This document shows, piece by piece, positions 11,701-25,800 of a DNA stretch of 64,000 nt. The notes below the pieces were generated by a model. The model worked only from the letters and a program-made list of their open reading frames with translations, was not told the origin of the DNA and ran no database searches. This DNA comes from Eledone cirrhosa (taxonomy: Eukaryota): contig OZ024741.1 of the NCBI GenBank assembly GCA_964016885.1, positions 5,270,001 through 5,334,000 of the forward strand. Direction: 5' to 3'. The translations under genes and the position numbers were made by a program. Within the stretch, counting starts at the first letter, position 1. Each line of letters opens with the position of its first letter.

Positions 11701-14700
11701 TTGAGGTTATTACAGTGGTCCACTTGAGGAGGTTATTAAAGTGGTCCACTTGAGGTTATTACAGTGGTCCACGTGGGGAGGCTATTACAGTGGTCCACTT
11801 GAGGAGGCTATTACAGTGGTCCACTTGAGGAGGCTATTACAGTGGTCCACTTGAGGTTATTACAGTGGTCCACTTGAGGAGGCTATTACAGAGGTCCACT
11901 TGAGGTTATTACAGTGGTCCACTTGAGGTTATTACAGTGGTCTTCTTGATGTTATTACAGTGGTCCACTTGAAGTTATTACAGTGGTCCACTTGAGGAGG
12001 CTATTACAGAGGTCCACTTGAGATTATTACAGTGGTCCACTTGAGGAGGTTATTACAGTGATCCACTTAAGGAGGTTATTACAGTGGTCCACTTGAGGAG
12101 ACTATTACAGTGGTCCACTTGAGGAGGTTATTACAGTGGTCCACTTGAGGAGGTTATTACAGTGGTCCACTTGAGGTTATTACAGTGGTCCAATTGAGGA
12201 AGTTATTACAGTGGTCCACTTAAGGAGGTTATTACAGTGGTCCACTTGAGGTTATTACAGTGGTCCACTTGAGGTTATTACAGTTGTCCACTTGAGGAGG
12301 CTATTACAGTGGTCCACTTGATGTTATTACAGTGGTCCACTTGTGGAGGTTATTACAGTGGTCCACTTGAGGTTATTACAGTGGTCGACTTGAGGTTATT
12401 ACAGTGGTCCACTTGAGGGGGCTATTACAGTGGTCCACTTGAGAAGGTTATTACAGTGGTCCACTTGAGGTTATTACAGTGGTCCACTTGAGGAGTTTAT
12501 TACAGTGGTCCACTTGAGGGGTTATTACAGTGGTCCACTTGAGAAGGTTATTACAGTGGTCCACTTGAGGAGGTTATTACAGTGGTCCACTTGATGTTAT
12601 TACAGTGGTCCACTTGAGGGGGTTATTACAGTGGTCCACTTGAGGTTATTACAGTGGTCCACTTGAGGAGGTTATTACAGTGGTCCAATTGAGGAGGTTA
12701 TTACAGTGGTCCACTTGAGGTTATTACAGTGGACCAATTGAGGAGGTTATTACAGTGGTCCGCCTGAGGAGGTTATTACAGTGGTCCACTTGAGGTTATT
12801 ACAGTGGTCCACTTGAGGAGGTTATTACAGTGGTCCACTTGAGGTTATTACAGTGGTCCACTTGAGGAGGTTATTAGAGTGGTCCGTTTGAGGAGGTTAT
12901 TACAGTGGTCCACTTGAGGTTATTACAGTGGTCCACTTGAGGAGGTTATTACAGCGGTCCAATTGAGGAGGTTATTACAGTGGTCCACTTGAGGAGGTTA
13001 TTACAGTGGTCCACTTGAGGAAGTTATTACAGTGGTCCAATTGAGGAGGTTATTACAGTGGTCCACTTGAGGAGGTTATTACAGTGGTCCAGTTGAGGTT
13101 ATTACAGTGGTACACTAGAGGAGGTTATTACAGTGGTCCACTTGAGGTTATTACAGTGGTCCATTTGAGGAGGTTATTACAGTGGTCCACTTGAGGTTAT
13201 TACAGTGGTCCACTTGAGGAGGCTATTACAGTGGTCCACTTGAGGTTATTACAGTGGTCCACTTGAGGAGGTTATTACAGTGGTCCACTTGAGGTTATTA
13301 CAGTGGTCCACTTGAGGAGGTTATTACAGTGGTCCAATTGAGGAGGTTATTACAGTGGTCCACTTGAGGTTATTACAGTGGGCCACTAGAGGAGGTTATT
13401 ACAGTGGTCCACTTGAGGTTATTACAGTGGTCCATTTGAGGAGGCTATTACAGTGGTCCACTTGAGGAGGTTATTACAGTGGTCCACTTGAGGAGGTTAT
13501 TACAGTAGTCCACTTGAGGTGGTTATTACAGTGGTCCACTTGAGGAGGTTATTACAGTGGTCCACTTGAGGTTATTACAGTGGTCAACTTGAGGAGGTTA
13601 TTACAGTGGTCAACTTGAGGTTATTACAGTGGTCCACTTGAGGAGGTTATTACAGTGGTCCACTTGAGGAGGTACTTACAGTGGTCCACTTGAGGAGGTT
13701 ATTACAGTGGTCCACTTGAGGTTCTTACAGTGGTCCACTTGAGGAGGCTATTACAGTGGTCAACTTGAGGTTATTACAGTGGTCCACTTGAGGAGGCTAT
13801 TACAGTGGTCCACTTGAGGTTATTACAGTGGTGCACTTGAGGAGGTTATTAGAGTGGTCCACTTGAGGTTATTACAGTGGTCCACTTGAGGAGGCTATTA
13901 CAGTGGTCCACTTGAGGTTATTACAGTGGTCCACTTGAAGAGGCTATTACAGTGGTCCACTTGAGAAGGTTATTACAGTGGTCCTCTTGAGGTTATTACA
14001 GTGGTCCACTTGAGGAGGCTATTAGAGTGGTCCACTTGAGGAGGTTATTACAGTGGTCCACTTGAGAAGGTTATTACAGTGGTCCACTTGAGGTGGTTAT
14101 TACAGCGGTCCACTTGAGGTTATTACAGTGGTCCACTTGAGGCTATTACAGTGGTCCACTTGCGGAGGTTATTACAGTGGTCCACTTGAGGAGGTTATTA
14201 TAGGGGTCCACTTGAGGTGGTTATTACAGTGGTCCACTTGAGACGGTTATTACGGTGGTCCAGTTTAGTTTATTACAGTGGTCCACTTGTGGAGGTTATT
14301 ACAGTGGTCCACTTGAGGTTATTACAGTGGTCCACTTGAGGAGGTTATTACAGTGGTCCACTTGAGGAGGTTATTACAGTGGTCCACTTGATGTTATTAC
14401 AGTGGTCCACTTGAGGAGGTTATTACAGTGGTCCACTTCAGGTTATTACAGTGGTCCACTTGTGGAGGTTATTACAGTGGTCCACTTGAGGAGGTTATTA
14501 CAGTGGTCCACTTGAGGAGGTTATTACAGCGGTCCACTTGAGGTTATTACAGTGGTCCACTTGAGGAGGTTATTACAGTGGTCCACTTGAGGTTATTACA
14601 GTGGTCCACTTGTGGAAGTTATTACAATGGTCCACTTGAGGAGGTTATTACAGTGGTCCACTTGAGGTTATTACAGTGGTCCACTTGAGGAGGTTATTAC

Positions 14701-17700
14701 AGTGGTCCACTTGAGGTTATTACAGTGGTCCACTTGAGGATTTTATTAGAGTGGTCCACTTGAGGTTATTACAATGGTCCACATGAGGATTTTATTACAG
14801 TGTTCCACTTGAGGAGGTTATTACAGTGGTCCACTTGAGGAGGTTATTACAGTGGTCCACTTGAGATTATTACAGTGGTCAACTTGAGGTTATTACAGTG
14901 GTCCACTTGAGGTGGCTATTAAAGTGGTCCACTTGTGGACGTTATTACAGTGGTCCACTTGAGGTTATTACAGTGGTCCACTTGAGGTGGCTATTACAGT
15001 GGTCCACTTGAGGAGGCTATTACAGTGGTCCACTTGAAAAGGTTATTACAGTGGTCCACTTGAGGAGGTTATTACAGTGGTCCACTTGAGGTGGCTATTA
15101 CAGTGGTTCACTTGAGGTTATTACAGTGGTCCAATTGAGGAGGTTATTACAGTGGTCCACTTGAGGTTATTACAGTGGTCCAATTGAGGAGGTTATTACA
15201 GTGGTCCACTTGAGGAGGTTATTACAGTGGTCCACTTGAGGTTATTACAGTGTTCCACTTGAGGTGGTTACTACAGTGGTCCACTTGAGGAGGTTATTAC
15301 AGTGGTCCACTTGAGGTTATTACAGTGGTCCACTTGAGGAGGCTATTACAGTGGTCCACTTAAGGTTATTACAGTGGTCCACTTGAGGAGGTTATTACAG
15401 TGGCCCAGTTGAGGAGGTTATTACAGTGGTCCACTTGAGGCTATTACAGTGGTCCACTTGAGGAGGCCATTACAGTGGTCCACTTGAGGTTATTACAGTA
15501 GTCCGCTTGAGGAGGCTATTACAGCGGTCCACTTGAGGTTATTACAGTGGTCCACTTGAGGAGGTTATTACAGTGGTCCACTTGAGGTTATAACAGTGGT
15601 CCACTTGAGGAGGCTATTACAGTGGTCCACTTGAGAAGGTTATTACAGTGGCCCACTTGAGGTTATTACAGTGGTCCACTTGAGGATGTTTTTAGAGTTG
15701 TCCACTTGAGGAGGTTATTACAGTGGTCCAATTGAGAAGGGTATTACAGTGGTCCACTTGAGGAGGCTATTACAGTGGTCCACTTGAGAAGGTCATTACA
15801 GTGGCCCACTTGAGGTTATTACAGTGGTCCACTTGAGGATGTTTTTAGAGTTGTCCACTTGAGGAGGTTATTACAGTGGTCCAATTGAGAAGGTTATTAC
15901 AGTGGTCCACTTGAGGTCATTACAGTGGTCCACTTGAGGTGGTTATTACAGCGGTCCACTTGAGGTTATTAAAGTAGTCCAATTGAGGTTATTACAGTGG
16001 TCCACTTGAGGTTATTCCAGTGGTCCACTTGAGGAGGTTATTACAGTGGTCCACTTGAGGTTATTACAGTGGTCCACTTGAGGTTATTACAGTGGTCCAC
16101 TTGAGGTTATTACAGTGGTCCACTTGTAGGGGTTATTACAGTGGTGCACTTCAGGTTATTACAGTGGTCCACATGAGGATTTTATTACAGTGGTCCACTT
16201 GAGGTGGCTATTACAGTGGTCCACTTGAGGAGGTTATTACAGTGGTCCACTTGAGGTTATTACAGTGGTCCACTTGAGGAGGCTATTACAGTGGTCCACT
16301 TGAGGTTATTACAGTGGTCCACTTGAGGAGGTTATTACAGTGGCCCACTTGAGGTTATTACAGTGGTCCACTTGAGGAGGTTATTACAGTGGTCCAATTG
16401 AGGAGGTTATTACAGTGGTCCACTTGAGGTTATTACAGTGGGCCACTAGAGGAGGTTATTACAGTGGTCCACTTGAGGTTATTACAGTGGTCCATTTGAG
16501 GAGGCTATTACAGTGGTCCACTTGAGGAGGTTATTACAGTGGTCCACTTGAGGAGGTTATTACAGTAGTCCACTTGAGGTGGTTATTACAGTGGTCCACT
16601 TGAGGAGGTTATTACAGTGGTCCACTTGAGGTTATTACAGTGGTCAACTTGAGGAGGTTATTACAGTGGTCAACTTGAGGTTATTACAGTGGTCCACTTG
16701 AGGAGGTTATTACAGTGGTCCACTTGAGGAGGTACTTACAGTGGTCCACTTGAGGAGGTTATTACAGTGGTCCACTTGAGGTTCTTACAGTGGTCCACTT
16801 GAGGAGGCTATTACAGTGGTCAACTTGAGGTTATTACAGTGGTCCACTTGAGGAGGCTATTACAGTGGTCCACTTGAGGTTATTACAGTGGTGCACTTGA
16901 GGAGGTTATTAGAGTGGTCCACTTGAGGTTATTACAGTGGTCCACTTGAGGAGGCTATTACAGTGGTCCACTTGAGGTTATTACAGTGGTCCACTTGAAG
17001 AGGCTATTACAGTGGTCCACTTGAGAAGGTTATTACAGTGGTCCTCTTGAGGTTATTACAGTGGTCCACTTGAGGCTATTACAGTGGTCCACTTGCGGAG
17101 GTTATTACAGTGGTCCACTTGAGGAGGTTATTATAGGGGTCCACTTGAGGTGGTTATTACAGTGGTCCACTTGAGACGGTTATTACGGTGGTCCAGTTTA
17201 GTTTATTACAGTGGTCCACTTGTGGAGGTTATTACAGTGGTCCACTTGAGGTTATTACAGTGGTCCACTTGAGGAGGTTATTACAGTGGTCCACTTGAGG
17301 AGGTTATTACAGTGGTCCACTTGATGTTATTACAGTGGTCCACTTGAGGAGGTTATTACAGTGGTCCACTTCAGGTTATTACAGTGGTCCACTTGTGGAG
17401 GTTATTACAGTGGTCCACTTGAGGAGGTTATTACAGTGGTCCACTTGAGGAGGTTATTACAGCGGTCCACTTGAGGTTATTACAGTGGTCCACTTGAGGA
17501 GGTTATTACAGTGGTCCACTTGAGGTTATTACAGTGGTCCACTTGTGGAAGTTATTACAATGGTCCACTTGAGGAGGTTATTACAGTGGTCCACTTGAGG
17601 TTATTACAGTGGTCCACTTGAGGAGGTTATTACAGTGGTCCACTTGAGGTTATTACAGTGGTCCACTTGAGGATTTTATTAGAGTGGTCCACTTGAGGTT

Positions 17701-19380
17701 ATTACAATGGTCCACATGAGGATTTTATTACAGTGTTCCACTTGAGGAGGTTATTACAGTGGTCCACTTGAGGAGGTTATTACAGTGGTCCACTTGAGAT
17801 TATTACAGTGGTCAACTTGAGGTTATTACAGTGGTCCACTTGAGGTGGCTATTAAAGTGGTCCACTTGTGGACGTTATTACAGTGGTCCACTTGAGGTTA
17901 TTACAGTGGTCCACTTGAGGTGGCTATTACAGTGGTCCACTTGAGGAGGCTATTACAGTGGTCCACTTGAAAAGGTTATTACAGTGGTCCACTTGAGGAG
18001 GTTATTACAGTGGTCCACTTGAGGTGGCTATTACAGTGGTTCACTTGAGGTTATTACAGTGGTCCAATTGAGGAGGTTATTACAGTGGTCCACTTGAGGT
18101 TATTACAGTGGTCTAATTGAGGAGGTTATTACAGTGGTCCACTTGAGGAGGTTATTACAGTGGTCCACTTGAGGTTATTACAGTGTTCCACTTGAGGTGG
18201 TTACTACAGTGGTCCACTTGAGGAGGTTATTACAGTGGTCCACTTGAGGTTATTACAGTGGTCCACTTGAGGAGGCTATTACAGTGGTCCACTTAAGGTT
18301 ATTACAGTGGTCCACTTGAGGAGGTTATTACAGTGGCCCAGTTGAGGAGGTTATTACAGTGGTCCACTTGAGGCTATTACAGTGGTCCACTTGAGGAGGC
18401 CATTACAGTGGTCCACTTGAGGTTATTACAGTAGTCCGCTTGAGGAGGCTATTACAGCGGTCCACTTGAGGTTATTACAGTGGTCCACTTGAGGAGGTTA
18501 TTACAGTGGTCCACTTGAGGTTATTACAGTGGTCCACTTGAGGAGGCTATTACAGTGGTCCACTTGAGAAGGTTATTACAGTGACCCACTTGAGGTTATT
18601 ACAGTGGTCCACTTGAGGATGTTTTTAGAGTTGTCCACTTGAGGAGGTTATTACAGTGGTCCAATTGAGAAGGGTATTACAGTGGTCCACTTGAGGAGGC
18701 TATTACAGTGGTCCACTTGAGAAGGTCATTACAGTGGCCCACTTGAGGTTATTACAGTGGTCCACTTGAGGATGTTTTTAGAGTTGTCCACTTGAGGAGG
18801 TTATTACAGTGGTCCAATTGAGAAGGTTATTACAGTGGTCCACTTGAGGTCATTACAGTGGTCCACTTGAGGTGGTTATTACAGCGGTCCACTTGAGGTT
18901 ATTAAAGTAGTCCAATTGAGGTTATTACAGTGGTCCACTTGAGGTTATTCCAGTGGTCCACTTGAGGAGGTTATTACAGTGGTCCACTTGAGGTTATTAC
19001 AGTGGTCCACTTGAGGTTATTACAGTGGTCCACTTGAGGTTATTACAGTGGTCCACTTGTAGGGGTTATTACAGTGGTGCACTTCAGGTTATTACAGTGG
19101 TCCACATGAGGATTTTATTACAGTGGTCCACTTGAGGTGGCTATTACAGTGGTCCACTTGAGGAGGTTATTACAGTGGTCCACTTGAGGTTATTACAGTG
19201 GTCCACTTGAGGTTATTACAGTGGTCCACTTGAGAAGGTTATTACAGTGGTCCACTTGAGGAGGTTATTACAATGGTCCACTTGGGGAGGTTATTACAGT
19301 GGTCCTCTTGAGGAGGCTATTACAGTGGTCCACTTGAGGTTATTACAGTCGTCCACTTGAGGAGGTTATTACAGTGGTCC
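2760..19380. repeat. About 7.9-kb direct duplication at offset 8746 (about 2760-10630 and 11506-19380), separated by about 0.87 kb of another part of the array
   Basis: GTTGTTAC 2781/11527, AGTGGGCCACTAG 4631/13377, GTCTAATT 9365/18111 and GTCGTCC 10602/19348, all +8746. Confidence 0.88.
4450..10480. repeat. About 3.06-kb tandem duplication (also present in the 11.5-19.4 kb copy and in giant copy 2)
   Basis: AGTGGGCCACTAG at 4631/7691 (+3060), 13377/16437 (+3060) and 43105/46162 (+3057). GGTACTTAC landmark at 4927/7987. Confidence 0.85.
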
Positions 19381-22300
19381 ACTTGAGGAGGTTATTACAG
19401 TGGTCCACTTGAGGTTATTACAGTGGTCCACTTGAGGAGGCTATTACAGTGGTCCACTTGAGGTTATTACAGTGGTCCACTTGAGGAGGTTATTACAGTG
19501 GCCCACTTGAGGTTATTACAGTGGTCCACTTGAGGAGGTTATTACAGTGGTCCAATTGAGGAGGTTATTACAGTGGTCCACTTGAGGTTATTACAGTGGG
19601 CCACTAGAGGAGGTTATTACAGTGGTCCACTTGAGGTTATTACAGTGGTCCATTTGAGGAGGCTATTACAGTGGTCCACTTGAGGAGGTTATTACAGTGG
19701 TCCACTTGAGGAGGTTATTACAGTAGTCCACTTGAGGTGGTTATTACAGTGGTCCACTTGAGGAGGTTATTACAGTGGTCCACTTGAGGTTATTACAGTG
19801 GTCAACTTGAGGAGGTTATTACAGTGGTCAACTTGAGGTTATTACAGTGGTCCACTTGAGGAGGTTATTACAGTGGTCCACTTGAGGAGGTACTTACAGT
19901 GGTCCACTTGAGGAGGTTATTACAGTGGTCCACTTGAGGTTCTTACAGTGGTCCACTTGAGGAGGCTATTACAGTGGTCAACTTGAGGTTATTACAGTGG
20001 TCCACTTGAGGAGGCTATTACAGTGGTCCACTTGAGGTTATTACAGTGGTGCACTTGAGGAGGTTATTAGAGTGGTCCACTTGAGGTTATTACAGTGGTC
20101 CACTTGAGGAGGCTATTACAGTGGTCCACTTGAGGTTATTACAGTGGTCCACTTGAAGAGGCTATTACAGTGGTCCACTTGAGAAGGTTATTACAGTGGT
20201 CCTCTTGAGGTTATTACAGTGGTCCACTTGAGGCTATTACAGTGGTCCACTTGCGGAGGTTATTACAGTGGTCCACTTGAGGAGGTTATTATAGGGGTCC
20301 ACTTGAGGTGGTTATTACAGTGGTCCACTTGAGACGGTTATTACGGTGGTCCAGTTTAGTTTATTACAGTGGTCCACTTGTGGAGGTTATTACAGTGGTC
20401 CACTTGAGGTTATTACAGTGGTCCACTTGAGGAGGTTATTACAGTGGTCCACTTGAGGAGGTTATTACAGTGGTCCACTTGATGTTATTACAGTGGTCCA
20501 CTTGAGGAGGTTATTACAGTGGTCCACTTCAGGTTATTACAGTGGTCCACTTGTGGAGGTTATTACAGTGGTCCACTTGAGGAGGTTATTACAGTGGTCC
20601 ACTTGAGGAGGTTATTACAGCGGTCCACTTGAGGTTATTACAGTGGTCCACTTGAGGAGGTTATTACAGTGGTCCACTTGAGGTTATTACAGTGGTCCAC
20701 TTGTGGAAGTTATTACAATGGTCCACTTGAGGAGGTTATTACAGTGGTCCACTTGAGGTTATTACAGTGGTCCACTTGAGGAGGTTATTACAGTGGTCCA
20801 CTTGAGGTTATTACAGTGGTCCACTTGAGGATTTTATTAGAGTGGTCCACTTGAGGTTATTACAATGGTCCACATGAGGATTTTATTACAGTGTTCCACT
20901 TGAGGAGGTTATTACAGTGGTCCACTTGAGGAGGTTATTACAGTGGTCCACTTGAGATTATTACAGTGGTCAACTTGAGGTTATTACAGTGGTCCACTTG
21001 AGGTGGCTATTAAAGTGGTCCACTTGTGGACGTTATTACAGTGGTCCACTTGAGGTTATTACAGTGGTCCACTTGAGGTGGCTATTACAGTGGTCCACTT
21101 GAGGAGGCTATTACAGTGGTCCACTTGAAAAGGTTATTACAGTGGTCCACTTGAGGAGGTTATTACAGTGGTCCACTTGAGGTGGCTATTACAGTGGTTC
21201 ACTTGAGGTTATTACAGTGGTCCAATTGAGGAGGTTATTACAGTGGTCCACTTGAGGTTATTACAGTGGTCTAATTGAGGAGGTTATTACAGTGGTCCAC
21301 TTGAGGAGGTTATTACAGTGGTCCACTTGAGGTTATTACAGTGTTCCACTTGAGGTGGTTACTACAGTGGTCCACTTGAGGAGGTTATTACAGTGGTCCA
21401 CTTGAGGTTATTACAGTGGTCCACTTGAGGAGGCTATTACAGTGGTCCACTTAAGGTTATTACAGTGGTCCACTTGAGGAGGTTATTACAGTGGCCCAGT
21501 TGAGGAGGTTATTACAGTGGTCCACTTGAGGCTATTACAGTGGTCCACTTGAGGAGGCCATTACAGTGGTCCACTTGAGGTTATTACAGTAGTCCGCTTG
21601 AGGAGGCTATTACAGCGGTCCACTTGAGGTTATTACAGTGGTCCACTTGAGGAGGTTATTACAGTGGTCCACTTGAGGTTATTACAGTGGTCCACTTGAG
21701 GAGGCTATTACAGTGGTCCACTTGAGAAGGTTATTACAGTGACCCACTTGAGGTTATTACAGTGGTCCACTTGAGGATGTTTTTAGAGTTGTCCACTTGA
21801 GGAGGTTATTACAGTGGTCCAATTGAGAAGGGTATTACAGTGGTCCACTTGAGGAGGCTATTACAGTGGTCCACTTGAGAAGGTCATTACAGTGGCCCAC
21901 TTGAGGTTATTACAGTGGTCCACTTGAGGATGTTTTTAGAGTTGTCCACTTGAGGAGGTTATTACAGTGGTCCAATTGAGAAGGTTATTACAGTGGTCCA
22001 CTTGAGGTCATTACAGTGGTCCACTTGAGGTGGTTATTACAGCGGTCCACTTGAGGTTATTAAAGTAGTCCAATTGAGGTTATTACAGTGGTCCACTTGA
22101 GGTTATTCCAGTGGTCCACTTGAGGAGGTTATTACAGTGGTCCACTTGAGGTTATTACAGTGGTCCACTTGAGGTTATTACAGTGGTCCACTTGAGGTTA
22201 TTACAGTGGTCCACTTGTAGGGGTTATTACAGTGGTGCACTTCAGGTTATTACAGTGGTCCACATGAGGATTTTATTACAGTGGTCCACTTGAGGTGGCT

Positions 22301-22540
22301 ATTACAGTGGTCCACTTGAGGAGGTTATTACAGTGGTCCACTTGAGGTTATTACAGTGGTCCACTTGAGGTTATTACAGTGGTCCACTTGAGAAGGTTAT
22401 TACAGTGGTCCACTTGAGGAGGTTATTACAATGGTCCACTTGGGGAGGTTATTACAGTGGTCCTCTTGAGGAGGCTATTACAGTGGTCCACTTGAGGTTA
22501 TTACAGTCGTCCACTTGAGGAGGTTATTACAGTGGTCCAC
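16220..22540. repeat. 3158-bp tandem duplication, near-identical copies
   Basis: Variants GCCCAC 16343/19501 and GTGACCCAC 18581/21739 are private to this pair. GTCTAATT 18111/21269 and GTCGTCC 19348/22506 also recur. All are +3158. Confidence 0.88.
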
Positions 22541-22829
22541 TTGAGGAGGCTATTACAGTGGTCCACTTGAGGTTATTACAGTGGTCCACTTGAGGAGGTT
22601 ATTACAGTGGTCCACTTGAGGAGGTTATTACAGTGGTCCACTTGAGGTTAATACAGAGGTCCACTTGAGGAGGTTATTACAGTGGTCCACTTGAGGTTAT
22701 TACAGTGGTCCATTTGAGGAGGTTATTACAGTGGTCCACTTGAGGTTATTACAGTGGTCCACTTGTAGAGGTTATTACAGTGGTGCACTTCAGGTTATTA
22801 CAGTGGTCCACATGAGGATTTTATTACAG

Positions 22830-25800
22830 TGGTCCACTTGAGGTAGCTATTACAGTGGTCCACTTGAGGAGGTTATTACAGTGGTCCACTTTAGGTTATT
22901 ACAGTGGTCCACCTGATGTTATTACAGTGGTCCACTTGAGGAGGTTATTACAGTGGTCCACTTCAGGTTATTACAGTGGTGCACTTGAGGAGCCTATTAC
23001 AGTGGTCCACTTGAGGTTATTAAAGTGGTCCACTTGAGGAGGTTATTACAGTGGTACATTTTAGGTGGCTATTACAGTGGTCCACTTGAGGAGGTTATTA
23101 CAGTGGTCCACTTGAGGAGGTTATTACAGTGGTCCACTTGAGGAGGTTATTACAGTGGTCCACTTGAGGTTATTACAGTGGTCCACGTGAGGAGGCTATT
23201 ACAGTGGTCCACTTGAGGTGGCTATTACAGTGGTCCACTTGACGAGGTTATTACGGTGGTCCACTTGAGGAGGCTATTACAGTGGTCCACTTGAGGAGGC
23301 TATTACAGAGGTCCACTTGAGGTGGCTATTACAGTGGTCCACTTGAGGTTATTACAGTGGTCCACTTGAGGAGGTTATTACAGTGGTCCACTTGAGGTGA
23401 TTACAGTGGTCCACGTGAGGAGGCTATTACAGTGGTCCACTTGAGGAGGCTATTACAGTGGTCCACTTGAGGAGGCTATTACAGTGGTCCACTTGAGGTT
23501 ATTACAGTGGTCCACTTGAGTAGGCTATTACAGAGGTCCACTTGAGGTTATTACAGTGGTCCACTTGAGGTTATTACAGTGGTCTTCTTGATGTTATTAC
23601 AGTGGTCCACTTGAAGTTATTACAGTGGTCCACTTGAGGAGGCTATTACAGAGGTCCACTTGAGATTATTACAGTGGTCCACTTGAGGAGGTTATTACAG
23701 TGGTCCACTTAAGGAGGTTATTACAGTGGTCCACTTGAGGAGACTATTACAGTGGTTCACTTGAGGAGGTTATTACAGTGGTCCACTTGAGGAGGTTATT
23801 ACAGTGGTCCACTTGAGGTTATTACAGTGGTCCAATTGAGGAGGTTATTACAGTGGTCCACTTGAGGAGGCTATTACAGTGGTCCACTTGAGGAGGTTAT
23901 TACAGTGGTCCACTTGAGCTCATTACAGTGGTCCACTTGAGGAGGTTATTACAGTGGTCCACTTGAGGAGGTTATTACAGTGGTCCACTTGTGGTTATTA
24001 CAGTGGTCCACTTGAGGAGGCTATTACAGTGGTCCATTTGAGGTTATTACAGTGGTCCACTTGAGGAGGTTATTACAGTGGTCCACTTGAGGTTATTACA
24101 GTGGTCCACTTGAGGTTATTACAGTTGTCCACTTGAGGTTATTACAGTGGTCCACTTGAGGAGGCTATTACAGTGGTCCACTTGAGGTTATTACTGTGAT
24201 CCACTTGAGGAGGTTATTACAGTGGTCCACTTGAGGTTATTACAGTGGTCCACTTGAGGTTATTACAGTGGTCCACTTGAGGAGGCTATTACAGTGGTCC
24301 ACTTGAGGTTATTACAGTTGTCCACTTGAGGAAGCTATTACAGTGGTCCACTTGAGGTTATTACAGTGGTCCACTTGAGGAGGCTATTACAGTGGTCCAC
24401 TTGAGGTTATTACAGTGGTCCACTTGAGGAGGCTATTACAGTGGTCCACTTGATGTTATTACAGTGGTCCACTTGTGGAGGTTATTACAGTGGTTCACTT
24501 GAGGTTATTACAGTGGTCGACTTGAGGTTATTACAGTGGTCCACTTGAGAAGGTTATTACAGTGGTCCACTTGAGGTTATTACAGTGGTCCACTTGAGGA
24601 GTTTATTACAGTGGTCCACTTGAGGGGTTATTACAGTGGTCCACTTGAGAAGGTTATTACAGTGGTCCACTTGAGGAGGTTATTACAGTGGTCCACTTGA
24701 TGTTATTACAGTGGTCCACTTGAGGAGGCTATTACAGTGGTCCACTTGAGGAGGTTATTACAGTGGTCCACTTGAGGAGGCTATTACAGTGGTCTACTTG
24801 AGGTTATTACAGTGGTCGACTTGAGGGGGTTATTACAGTGGTCCACTTGAGGTTATTACAGTGGTCCACTTGAGGAGGTTATTACAGTGGTCCAATTGAG
24901 GAGGTTATTACAGTGGTCCACTTGAGGTTATTACAGTCGACCAATTGAGGAGGTTATTACAGTGGTCCGCATGAGGAGGTTATTACAGTGGTCCACTTGA
25001 GGTTATTACAGTGGTCCACTTGAGGAGGTTATTACAGTGCTCCACTTGAGGTTATTACAGTGGTCCACTTGAGGAGGTTATTACAGTGGTCCGTTTGAGG
25101 AGGTTATTACAGTGGTCCACTTGAGGTTATTACAGTGGTCCATTTGAGGAGGTTATTACAGTGGTCCAATTGAGGAGGTTATTACAGTGGTCCACTTGAG
25201 GAGGTTATTACAGTGGTCCACTTGAGGAGGTTATTACAGAGGTCCAATTGAGGAGGTTATTACAGTGGTCCACGTGAGGAGGTTATTACAGTGGTCCAGT
25301 TGAGGTTATTACAGTGGTACACTAGAGGAGGTTATTACAGTGGTCCACTTGAGGTTATTACAGTGGTCCACTTGAGGAGGTTATTACAGTGGTCCACTTG
25401 AGGTTATTACAGTGGTCCGCTTGAGGAGGCTATTACAGTGGTCCACTTGAGGTAGCTATTACAGTGGTCCACTTGAGGAGGTTATTACAGTGGTCCACTT
25501 TAGGTTATTACAGTGGTCCACCTGATGTTATTACAGTGGTCCACTTGAGGAGGTTATTACAGTGGTCCACTTCAGGTTATTACAGTGGTGCACTTGAGGA
25601 GCCTATTACAGTGGTCCACTTGAGGTTATTAAAGTGGTCCACTTGAGGAGGTTATTACAGTGGTACATTTTAGGTGGCTAATACAGTGGTCCACTTGAGG
25701 AGGTTATTACAGTGGTCCACTTGAGGAGGTTATTACAGTGGTCCACTTGAGGAGGTTATTACAGTGGTCCACTTGAGGTTATTACAGTGGTCCACGTGAG

